NCBI GenBank assembly: GCA_004022145.1
Contig: RCNU01000001.1
Origin: Paecilomyces variotii
Taxonomy: Eukaryota
DNA length: 64,000 nucleotides
Strand: one strand, 5' to 3'
Part shown: positions 40,920 to 52,900 of the stretch, piece after piece
Layout of the letters: the number at the start of each line of letters is the position of its first letter
Numbering within the stretch: the first letter of the stretch is position 1
Position numbers and translations under genes: made by a program
Notes under the pieces: model-generated
The model's input: only the letters and a program-made list of their open reading frames with translations
Databases searched by the model: none
Told to the model about the DNA's origin: nothing

Positions 40920-43900
40920 ATGTTCAGAGCTCTGTTGGGTGGTGGTCGCTCGTCCAGCGATGTGCGCAGCGACACCGGTTCCAAGTCCTCACGACGCAGA
41001 GCCGCCGATGACGATGTCCGCTCGACGTCCTCGCGCCGCTCGAAACCATCCGCCTCATCGTCCAGCCACAAGTCTTCACGGGGTGACGACCGTGATCGCG
41101 GCCTGGGCGATTTATCGGCCTACTCGTCGTCCAGCAGCCGGAGACGACGTGCGCCTAGCATGACGGAAGGTTCTGTGGCATCGACCTATGTGACAGCCGA
41201 GCCGGGAAGCATCTATGACGATACGAATTCTACGATTACCGACAGAACGTCGAGGTATACCGAGGTGTATAATGGAGATGATCGCACTTCTGAGGCAACG
41301 ATGAGAAGCCCGCGCGTGGATAGCAGATATGGAGAGGAGAGTAGGAGGAATACAAAGGATCGCAGAGGTAAGGATACTGACCGAGACAGAGACACAGATA
41401 GCCTTCGCAAGGAACGACGGCGCACAAGATCAGATGACGACGAGTACTCGGATAGATCGAGGGTACCGCCAACATCGGGTGCTGATGATCGCTTCGCTGC
41501 TGCAATTTCGTCGCCAGGATTCTCCCAGTTCCCCGGACAATATGATACAACGATGTCCGGCGCCGTGCCCGTCTCGTCAACCAACTATGACCCGCACGTC
41601 CCCCAGCAATTTCCTGGGCAATTTCCGCAGTATGTATCGGAGCCGTATCGACCACCGCACCCAGCAGGCGAGGCTGCAGAGTATTATGGTGATCAGGGCG
41701 AGTCTGTTGCTCAGCAGCCGGGCGTGCGACCAAAACCGCCTTCTCTGATTGTCGGCGCAGAACCGCATCTGATGCCAGCGTCACCAGTACCGAACCCTCC
41801 TCCGGAACCAAGCAGTATGGGTCAAGTTGGAGCGGCTGCGGACTATTATGCGAACCATTCCAACTTGCCTGACAATATAGTTCAACAACCGTCGCGACCG
41901 CCGAAGCCATCGAAACCCAGCAAGCCGAACAAGCCGAGTAAGCCAGCAGCCGCAGTCCCGGCTTCAGCATTGGGTGCAGCGACGTATGGTATTGGAACGG
42001 GACTACCCTCGAGTCCCGGAGTGCAATATAATTCTTCGTCGCTTGCTGGAGAAGGACCCTCCCCTTATTATGCGACGCCGATGTCTACACCTGGACTAAA
42101 CGGAGCGTCCCATTCTCACTCGAACTCTCACGCTACTGAGGCCTCTTTAGGTTTGGCGGCAGCAGGCGCAGCCGCTGGATACATGATGGGACACCACTCA
42201 TCCTCCCACCATGATGAACACTCGGCGCATTACAATTCTAGCAGCTACCCGGGGCCGTCTTATGTTGTCGATGATCATGGAAGACCGCCTAGACCTGATC
42301 AGCAAGGCTCCAATGGAAATGCTGCTGTCTTTGATGCCGGAGCCGCAGGAGCTGCGGGTTATGGTGCCCTCGCCAACGGTGCACACTATCCGTACGATGC
42401 TTACAACGGACAGCAAATGCAACAGTTGCAGCCCGGGTCTCTGGCTTTTCACCAGCGACATCACGGGCCCCTACAGAGGTTCGTCGACTTCTGGAGAGAC
42501 CCTGAGGGTGTGGGGATGTACGAAGACTACACTGAGGCCATTGGTGTCTGCAAATATTGCTTCGAGCCTGGCACGTCCTCCAAGAATGCACCTAGAAAGC
42601 ATCACTACAAGCGGCGGAAGACCCAGGCGGATCGTTACGGTAATTCCTCACGGATCGAAAAGGTTGGCCGCCATTCCTCAGAAGAAGAGAGCCGGCGCAG
42701 AAGGTCGAAAGGGAAGTCATGGCTGGCTGCTGGACTCGCCGGCGGCCTTGCAGGTTATGTGTCAAAGTCCTTGTTTAGCAACAAGGATTTCGACGAGACT
42801 TACAGTGTGCGTTCTGGTCACGTTGCCGATTCGAGGTATTCCGTGAACGATAGTGAAAGCATCTCATCCCTGGGTAGAAAGAGCCATCTATCGCACGGTG
42901 TTGACCGGCGTTCCCGACGCGACGACTACAAAAATTTGGGAAAGAGCTCAGTTACTTCAAAGTCTACAGGTTCTGAGCTCTCTAGACGGCGCTCAAGGTC
43001 GCGATCGAGATCGTGGGAGCGCCACTCTGGTCTCAGGGATGCCGCCATCGGAGTTGCCGTTGGCGCTGCCGCAGGAGCCGCCCTGAAGTCTCGTCGGCGG
43101 AGTCGTAGTCGGTCGCCTAGGAAGCAAAAGAACCGGAAGTCATCCTCCTCTTCAAGTGGCTCGTATACGGATATTGGGCGCTCACATGCCAAGTCCACGT
43201 CAACCGGCTTTACGTCCTTCTTCTCCGCCTCGTCTGCCAACCGCCGTAAGCAGCGCAAGAGTTTCTTTTCCTTCGGGAACTCGTCTTCTTCCTCCTCCGA
43301 CGCAGATTTGGCCTTTGGATCAGCATTTCTGAAGAAGCCTAACAAATCGACTAAGTCAAGCAAGTCAAGTGGATCGAGCCGCTCTAGCAAAAGGAAGGAT
43401 AAGCACAACGTCGATGCTGAGATCCTTGGCCTCGGTGTCACGGCAAAAGCGATTGCTGATGCTGCAGAACGGCGCCGCAAGCATAGATCAGGGGTACTAG
43501 TTGCCAAGGATGATCATTACCGGCGATCTACTTATACCTCCTCTGGGCAGGAGGATGATGAATGGGAAGACGCTGATTCCTCTGAATCATCCTCGAGCGT
43601 GAGCTCTGCCCTGGCTTACGGTGGCAGTGCCCTTTTCGGTAGCAGCTCCTCGGATTCAGGGACATCAAAATGGGGCTGGCGATGGGGAAGCAAAAAGAAG
43701 AAGGACAAATCAAAGCAGTCCACAGATTACCTTCCAGCAGCTGAGGCAGCAGCTGGCGCTTTGGCAGGCGCAGCGATCGCATCAAAATATGGCAAAGATA
43801 CCGCCGTCCCGAGCCAGGATGGTTCTAGTAGTGTGGGAAGTCTCCGTCGCGTTTACCCGCAGCCAACGTCCGACCCCTCTCGATACGATGCTGTCCAATT

Positions 43901-46900
43901 GCCCTCGAGACGTGCGGGAGAGCCTCAGTTTGTTAGACCGGGACCTATTCCTCTCCAGCAACCGCAGCCTATAACCCCAGTATCTCAGTCCGTCTACTCT
44001 ACGCGAGCTGAACCCTCGCCTTCTTACGCAGCCCCGTCTGGCCCGCCAGTATTTGCTGATGCTGCCCCATATGATATGACCGGAGCGACTCCCACAGCCA
44101 GTAGTATCGCTCGTACTAGCGGAACTCACCGAAGAAGCGACTCTACCCCTGTTTTTCCTACGGAGCCGCTAGAAGAGAGTCTACCGTCTGTCCGAAGACG
44201 CCGCGCAACCAGCAAGGACCAGGCATCAGTCCAATTTGAACTTACGAAGGAGCAAGCTGACAAGGAGCGTCGTGCTGACCGACTGGAGAGGCAGAAACGG
44301 GGGAGCGAATCGCAAGAGAGCGTCCGCTGGGCTCAAGAGGAAGAAGAGCGTAAAAAGGATATTGAGCGCAGTGAAAGACATCGCCGTGAGAAAGAGAAAG
44401 AGAACGGACGGCGAGACGATGAATATGATACACGCTCTTCCGCCTCTTGCGCAGACCCCGAACGCCCGAAGAAGCGAGAAGACTCTTCCCCTTGGGTCAG
44501 TGCCGCCGAAGGTGCCGCAATAGGAGTGGTTGGCGCGGCCATTGCAGAGAAATTTTCGGAGTCGGAAAGGAGACAGAAGCGGCATGAAGAGCTCAGAGAG
44601 AAACGTCGTGCAGAGAGGCGTCGCAACTCCGAAACAGAAGATGCCCCGTCCCGGATTTCATCAATTCAGACGGTGCGACGCGACAGCGAAGAAGATACAA
44701 AATGTGATAATCAAGGAGCTTCTGCTGCTCCTGTTCGCGCGGGCCCTAACCATGTGAATTATGGAAAATTCTTTGCACCAAGCGAATTGCGACACGGCTT
44801 TGATGCCCGGCCATCTCGGGTAGATGAGCGCGCTGACGTGAAAACCATATCTGAGATGGAACAGCCTTCGGAAGGCCAAGCACCAGACATAAATACGCCA
44901 TGGTCTATTCCACGACTTAATGTCATCGAGCCTACCCCTCCGCAGAGTTTGAACGGCTCTGTGAGAGACACGACTTCTCCTGTTGTACTTCCCGCTACCG
45001 TTAAGGAAGAAGAGGAGAGCTCCGAGGACCGCGAGCGAGAGAGACCTGGTGCTGGCTCTAGGGTATCCTGGGGAGAGCACCGAACACACGAATTTGAGGT
45101 CCAGACGCCTTTATCTGAGAGAAGTAGTGGTGATGTGCAGCAAGAATTCAGAGACCAAGAACCAAGAAGCTCTAACGAGTCCGTTGTTACATCTTTGAAA
45201 GACGAGTCTCCCGAAGAGGCCAAATCTGCCAGTAAAGAAGAATCCCACCAAGAGAACGATTCTGAAAAGAGAGTGTCTGGGACATTTGAAGATGATATCG
45301 AGTTCGCGGCTACACTTGCAGCAGGCGCAGCCGCAGCTGGGTTTGACCCTTCTGTTGTAACTGACAACCCGACATATCACAGAAGGTCCTCACCTCCGGG
45401 CTCTGAGTTGAAGGGAGTATATAGATCACCTTGGGTTGAGACTGTATCGGATCTGCAGCGCCCTATCCCGCCGGTACAGGGGTTTGTTGAAGGCGAAGTT
45501 GAGACTCCTACGGATGATGACAAGCCTGTTGCGCACATCAGCGATGGAAAGGAGTTCTCAGAAGAGCCAGCGCAGCTTTCCGAGGACGACGATAAGGACG
45601 TCTCGTCTAAAGCTGCGGCAGAGCGCTCGCTTGCTCAAGAAGTAATTGAGAAGCTTAACACAAAGCGAGATTCGTGGACCGATGAATCTAGACGAGTTGC
45701 GGATTCATCTCCCGAGAGACCTACTGACGAGTCTAATTATGTCTCCGTCGACGAAGGTCCCCCTACTCCAAAAGCCTCGGAACAGCAGCCGAAGTGGGAC
45801 AGCGATTCAATTAGGGGAGAATCACGATCTGTCGCCTCTGCCCCTGTTGGGGATTCTAGGAGGCCAAGGAAGTCGCGACGCAGTGTTGATGACTTTGACG
45901 CGAAAAGTGAGACGGCTTCATTAGATGACAATGATGAAAAGAAGAGACGGAAAAGGCGTTCCAAGCGCGATAGCGAGATCTTTGAGGAGGAGGGACGTGA
46001 TGAATCTTCCATCCGCCGGCGCAAGTCCCACCGCGATAGCGGGGTCTTCGACGATGCCGGGTCCGTAGCATCTTCACCCGCCAAGCTCGACGAGACAAGG
46101 CAAAAGAGAAAGAGCAAAGACAAGGAAAGCGAGAAGGAAAAAAAGAGTGGCGGACTTTTCAGTAGCATATTCGGCTCAAAGGCATCGTCGGTGGGAGAGA
46201 AGTCGAGTTCTGGCGATAAGGACAAGCGTTCCTCGCGAGACGTTCAGTCCGAGGTTGCTGTTGACGAATACCGTCATAAGAAGCGCTCTTCCAAGCAGCG
46301 CAGTTCTAGCGGAGACCATGCGTTCGGCATGCTCAACGGCGCTTCCCACTCGTTAACCGACTTTTCGCAACTTGGGCGAGACGTCGACCGAGATAACGAC
46401 TCCCAGAGCCGAGACCCCGATGGATCCCCCAGATCCCATAGACAACGGAAAGAAGAGAGACGGCGGCAAAGATATGAGGATATTGTGGACTCGGGTAGAA
46501 AGTTGTCTGACAAGGTATAGTTTATAGTGAATTCTTTGATGTTGTCCGCTTGTACATCACATTTCCCGTATTCGCATTGAGAATGCCATTCCCGTATGTA
46601 TGCTGAGATCGTTTCTTTCTCGTGCAGGACCGCAAGAAAACAGAAGATGCCGATGAACAGCAGGCTTTTTTAGCAGAGCGCCCCGAAATGCCGGTGACAG
46701 CAGGTGATGATAACGGTGCTTCGGGGCTTGATTCCTTTGTGGATATATCAAGAGGATCGGGTGAGGAAAGATTCCCAAAACAGCTCAGAAGTAGCTCAGA
46801 ATCTCCTGTGTCTGGAGATAAGGAGATCGATATGTCTTTGGTCAGATCGCGAAGTAGAACAGTATCGGCTTCCCCGAGCAGACAAAGACGTCTATCTGCT

Positions 46901-49900
46901 GCACGGCCCACGGATCTGGCATCCTCTCCCACAGCTGTCCCATTGCACTTTCGCAAACCTCCAACATCACCCGGTGTCCACCGCTCACCGTCAATGAGCT
47001 CGCCCGTCGTCCAATCTCCTAGCTCCCCTTCTCAGCAACGCTTCGGTCATCGCAGTCGAAACTCGACGGAATTCAAGAACGCACGAGAGTTCCGCCCCCT
47101 GTGGCTTGTTGAGCGACACAGCTCTGGCAAGTTTGACCAGCAATTAGACGAGCCCTTGCCTTCTCTTCCATCCAGCAAGACCTCATCCAGGAGCACATCC
47201 GTGGAGGATTTCAAGTCTCGTCGTTCCGAAGACGTCATCCCAACCTGGCAGACCCAGGATGTAACTCAGATGATGTTCGACCAGAGGCAACGACCAGTGG
47301 GATTGAAGGTCTCAACAACTGATCCACTTGAACATACGGATCATGATATCCTGGGTTCCCAACAAGTCACACCGACAGCCGAGACGTTCAGCGAAAGCCT
47401 TCCTGTTGAGAAGAAACACAAACCAAAGTACGAGTTCCACTCGCCGTCGGAGCTCTTGCAGGATCCTTGCGCATTCATACCCTTGCCACCCTCACCAACG
47501 CTATCCTCCCTGCCCTCCGCAGAGGGCTCTGCCGTCGGAACGAAGGACCACGAGAATCAGGGAGAAATCGAACATGAGCAATTACCGTCCCTTCGAGAGT
47601 CAAGACCTTCCTGCCCCACCGCTGAGCGGAGTTCAACTTCGACCCAAGAAGCACGATCCATATCTGAGCCTGCGCCGCAATCCAACGCGGCCTTGTCGTC
47701 GCTAAAGGAGGCGGGATTGGGGGCGGGATTCGGTGCGATTGTAGATGCAGCTATTTCTGCCGCTGTCAGCTCCTCAGACAAGCTAAAAGCTAAGCCAATA
47801 GCACTTGAAAACGAGGAAGTACCTGAGATAAGAGTCAGTTTGCCAACAACAGATGAGGTAAAGGGGAGCGGGGTCGACCAAACATCCACTTCTTTGACTT
47901 CTGAACATGATGTCGCTGTCCCTGTTGACAGCTCTGAAGCCGCTGTCCCAGGCGCAGATGCGCAAATACCTCTTTCGTCGACGAGACAGCCTGGAAGCCG
48001 TAGCGCATCACCATTTAGCAAAATCGGTAGCTTCGGGGATGTCGTTGATGCAGCTGTGTTCGCGGCTGTCAAATCCGCAGAGACGAAACCTACAGACGAG
48101 GAGCCCTCACCCTGGAACAAAGTCGAACCGGATCAGACCGCAATTGTCTCCGAAAAAGAGGCGCTTCCAGAAAGGACAGATCTTGCTTCCGTTGTTGACG
48201 CAGCAGTACTCGCCGCGACTGGCGGAGATCGGAATATCAAGTCGCCTGGACAAGATGAGCAGCTCGGAAACGATGGGACAGGGCCTGACAACGCCGAGAC
48301 CCTTGCAGCTGAAGGAGTCTCCAAAGAAATAAAAGACGCCAGCACCGCAACTTCGGTGATGGATCACGAACAGCGCGTTGAAACCGTCAATGAAACCGTC
48401 AATGAGGTTGAAACCGCCAATGAGGCAAGTAAAGATGTTGATAAGCTTGCGGCTGAACCGTCTCAAGAACATCGAGAAGCTCCGGAAGCTGCCCTGGCGC
48501 CCATGTCCAAGAAACAGAAAAAGAAGGCAAAAAAGGCAAAGAAGAGCGAAAGCGTGGATTTGACGTCTCAGGAACCAGTATCCACTCCTGAAATGACCAC
48601 ACCTTCCACTTCAGCGCCAAATCTGGACAGCGCTGCAGACTTACTGGAATTCAAAGAGGTGTCTTCTGAGGCTGATAATATGTCTGCACCTGCGGATCCT
48701 CACGTTGAACCTGACACACCCACTCGGGTGATCGGCGAACTGCAAGAGCAGACGGAAGAGCCGTCTACTCCCATATTATCTAAGAAGGCCAAGAAAGACA
48801 AGAAGAAGAAAAAGAATAAGGGCTCTGTATCAGAAGGCCAGCATGAAGATGCTAGTAACGCTGAAGTCACTCAAATTGCCAACGAAGGTCAACCAGCGGA
48901 TGTGACGGAGGCCGCCCTTGAAACAATCAAGGCCCAGGAAGAGGCACCGAAGCCGTATGATGAACAAGAGAAGCAGACAGAGGAAGCTCCTGTAGAAGCG
49001 GCTAATACTGAAGAAGTTGTGGACGGAACTCTCTCGGGGTCTGCGGCTGTTCTGGCAGAAGCGGTGGAGGCTCAGAAGACCGAACCTGCCGCTCCAGAAA
49101 CGGCGGTCGAAAATGCTCCCACCGAAGTCACGCCGGACAGCGAATGGGCAGAGCCTTCTAGTAAGAAGAGCAAGAAAAAGAAGCGCAAGAGCAAGGTCGA
49201 GAATTCCGTAGAGACCGGTGCCGAGACCAGCGAGAATCTGGACGTTGAGAATCGCACCGATGCAACTGCCATTGCTGAGCCAGAAGGCGTAATCGAGCAG
49301 CCTCAGGTGCAGCCTCAGGTGCAGGCGCAGGAACACCCTCAAGAGCAGCCTCAAGAACTGGCGCAGGAGCAGCCTCAGGAGCAGCCTCAAGAACACCCTC
49401 AAGAGCAGCCTCAAGAACTGGCGCAGGAGCAGCCTCAGGAGCAGCCTCAAGAACAGCCTCAAGAACAGCCTCAAGAACAGCCTCAAGAACAGCCTCAAGA
49501 ACAGCCTCAAGAACAGCCTCAAGAACAGCCTCAAGAACAGCCCGAGGAGATACAAGCCCCAGAGACATCATCACGCGAAATTGCGACAGAAGAAGCCACT
49601 ATTGGGAATGCAGTCGATAATGCCCAGGTTGAATCTGCTCCCAGTCGCAAGAAGAGCAAGAAAGAGAAACGGAAGAGCAAGCAGGCGGAGAAATTGGCAA
49701 CTGAATCTTCCGTCATTGTCGATCAGCAAGATGCACCTGCTTTTGACAATACAGAAGCAATCTCCGTTCCTGCTGTGGGCGCAGAAAAGGCAGGCCAAAA
49801 TGCGAACAACTTGGAACTCCCTGCTCAAGAACCCGTTTCTGCTCCAGAAAAGGAACAAGACGCTCCTGAAAGCATTGCTGAATTCACTGAAGCCCCGGAA

Positions 49901-52900
49901 GCCCCTGAAGCTTCAGAACCTGCCATTGAAGATAAACGCGTCGATTTATCCATGGCTGTTCCAGCTCAAGATGCTGCGGCCCAGCCATCGGAAGCGAACA
50001 CAGAACAGCTGCGGAATGAGCAGCAGAAAAAGAGCAAAAAGAAAGGAAAGAAGAATCGCAAGAGCGTAAATTTTTCTGAGCCAGAGCAGGAGCCCAAACA
50101 ATCAGATGTTGTTGTTGATGCTGCCCAAGCACAGACACCGCAGCCTAGCGGTGAAGCTGCAGAGATTATTAACGACGATGTGGATCAAGCCGCCCCCGCA
50201 GCCACCGCGGAAGTCGGGGCGCTTGAATTGCTCGGAGCAGAAAACGGTTCATCGCCAGATCTCCAGTGTGGAGAACGATGAAACCAATGATCGCGAACCA
50301 CATGTGTCGCCGCAGATTAAGCCGGATTCTGAGCCTCAGGATGACTCTTTCGGGGCAACGACGTCTACAGGTCAAAACAACGAGACGGATAAGAACGCAG
50401 AGGACCCGCAGTCTGCTGGTCAAGATGAAACCGGAAACGCCCCTGCTGCTGTCACTGTCGCTGAGGCGGATACCACTGCCGTCCCCGTTGGAGAAGATAC
50501 CCCTTTGGGCCCAGTTCCACCAGCGATAGAGGAAACAAAGCCAATTGAGGAAGAGGCTGTCAAGGAACCTGTCGTGGAACCTACTAAGGAAGCGCTGCCG
50601 CAGGAGGAAGTCCCAATGACGCCAGCTCAGAAACGGAAGGCGAAGAAGGACAAGAAGAAGCGCCAATCTCTAAAGGAAGAGGATACTCCTGCTCTCGAAA
50701 CCACCGAGCAGCCTGTCAGCGAGCCTGCCACTCCAGCTGCTGAGGAGACACCGGTGGTACCTGATTCCCCGGTGGGAGAGAAACCGGAGGAGGAGGAGGG
50801 AGATGTCACTCAAGAAGAACAGCCAGTAACTGAACAGGAAGAGCCTAAAGATGGAAATGGAGAAGGCGTGGACGAGTTCCAGTCGGCGAAGTCAAAAAAG
50901 AAAGCGAAGAAAGATAAGAAGAAACGTCAGTCTCTCGCCCTGAGTGACGACCCTTCAACGCCAACCACAACGGAGGATCTCGCAGAAGCCGTCCAAGCCG
51001 CAGCAGAGGTATCAACCGCTGAAGGACCAACCGCTGAAGGACCAACCACTGAAGGACCAACCACTGAAGGACCAACCACTGAAGGACCAACCACTGAAGG
51101 ACCAACAACTGAAGGATCAGCCACTGCCGTTGAACAGCCCGACCAGTCAGAGGAGACTGCGCAAGAGCCACCCGCTGTGGAACTAGTACCTGCAGCACAG
51201 GAAGAACAGCCAGTTCCAGAACAAGCAGTGCCTGAGGCCGAAGCAGTCGAAGACAATCCCAAAGCACCCGTAGAGGAGTTCTCGTCGCCTAAGTCTAAGA
51301 AGAAAACTAAGAAGGATAAGAAGAAGCGTCAGTCGCTTGCTATTGCGGAAGAGGCTCCAGCCACTGCAGACGCCACAGAGGCTGCCCCTCCAGCTGATGA
51401 AATAACTCCAGCTGTCGAATCTCCTTCTGCTCCGCTCGTGGAGACCGAAGGCATAGAACAACCCAGCCTCGAAACAGCTGTCGCTGAGGTTCCTGTTTCT
51501 GAAGAGGTCCCAAAAGAACAGACCGAGGGAGTGACGATAGCAGAACCCAAGGAGGAAGCGCAAACATCAGAGCCATATGAAGAGAATGCACTGGCTCAGC
51601 AAGATAAGCCTGTCCCTGGAGCTGCGCATGAGGAACATCAGCAGTCTACCACTGAGGAGCCAGCCTCCCCCGCAGTCGACGAATTCCAACCTTCTAAATC
51701 CAAGAAGAAGGGGAAGAAAGGCAAAAAGAACCGAGCCTCAATAGGCCAGGCGGAGGAAGTCCAAGACGAGGCCGAAAAGCAACCCACAGAAGTGGGTACT
51801 GTTGGACAGACCAAAGAAGAACAGCCACCTACTGAATCGTCTTTGGAACAAGCAACTGGAACTATAAATATCCCACCTGATGCTTCTGAAGAGAAGTCTA
51901 TCGAAGAGTCGCAGGATGAACGCTCCGAGGAGCCTACAGCAATCAGCAGTGAAGACGTTGGCTCCGCAAATGCCGACAACGAGGGGACAGTAGTTGCTGA
52001 AGCAGTGCATGCAGTTCCAGATAACAATATCCAGGAGACGGAAGCTGCTGAATCAGAGATCAGAAAGGATGAGCAGACCAATGACAAACCTTCATTCCCT
52101 GATGTTACCCTGGAATCGACAGCTGAGTCGGCTACGGACCCTACTGTTGAGCCTACTGCTGATGTGGCCACCGAGTATGCAGTAGACGCTGGGACTGAAC
52201 CTACGACCGAATCGAAAGACCAGTCAGCTTTGGAAGCGGAGCCGGACTTGGAATTCACATCTCTGACGTCCAAAAAGAAGTCGAAAAAAGACAAGAAGAA
52301 GAGACAGCCTGCTGACTGGACTGAAGAGATTCCAACGGCTACGCCCAACGAGGTCAGTAGGGTAGAGGGTGAGGACAAGGACGAAAAACCTGATACAAGC
52401 ATCACTCAGACTGAGGAGACCACGCCGTCCACTAAGGCACCAGACGAAGACGGAGATGGATTCATGTCTGCCAAAGGAAAACGGAAGGCAAAGAAAGACA
52501 AGAAGAAACGACAATCTGTAACCTGGGAAGACGAGAACCTTGCCGCCCCAACCGAGCCCACTACTGCAGCTGAAGATAAGCCTGTCGAAGAAGTCGAGAT
52601 TTCTCGCGAGGCACAAAGGGCAACAGAGAGAGATATCAGCCAAGATGCGCCCGTCATAACGACCTCTGCCGATGAGAATGCCTCCGCAGAGGAGCCCAAG
52701 CCGGTCGAGACCTTACTCCCGCCACAGGAGACGCCTGCGGAATACGATGGTAAAGAAAATCAGTCCTCCGAAGAAAAGAAAACCGGCGATGTGGAAAAAG
52801 AACCCCATTGGACTGATGAGATGGCGTCGTCGCAGGCCGAACAGCAGAAAGAAATGCCTCCCGTACTCCCTCACCAGCCGCCGTCCGAGTCTATTGAGCC

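Noticed and set aside
49298..49543. Repeat array as a CRISPR candidate
   Set aside because: The units are contiguous and coding, with no spacers, no cas genes and a eukaryotic context.
48830..49574. Antisense ORFs with (LFLR)n and (VLEA)n repeats
   Set aside because: They are reverse-strand shadows of the QPQE repeat.
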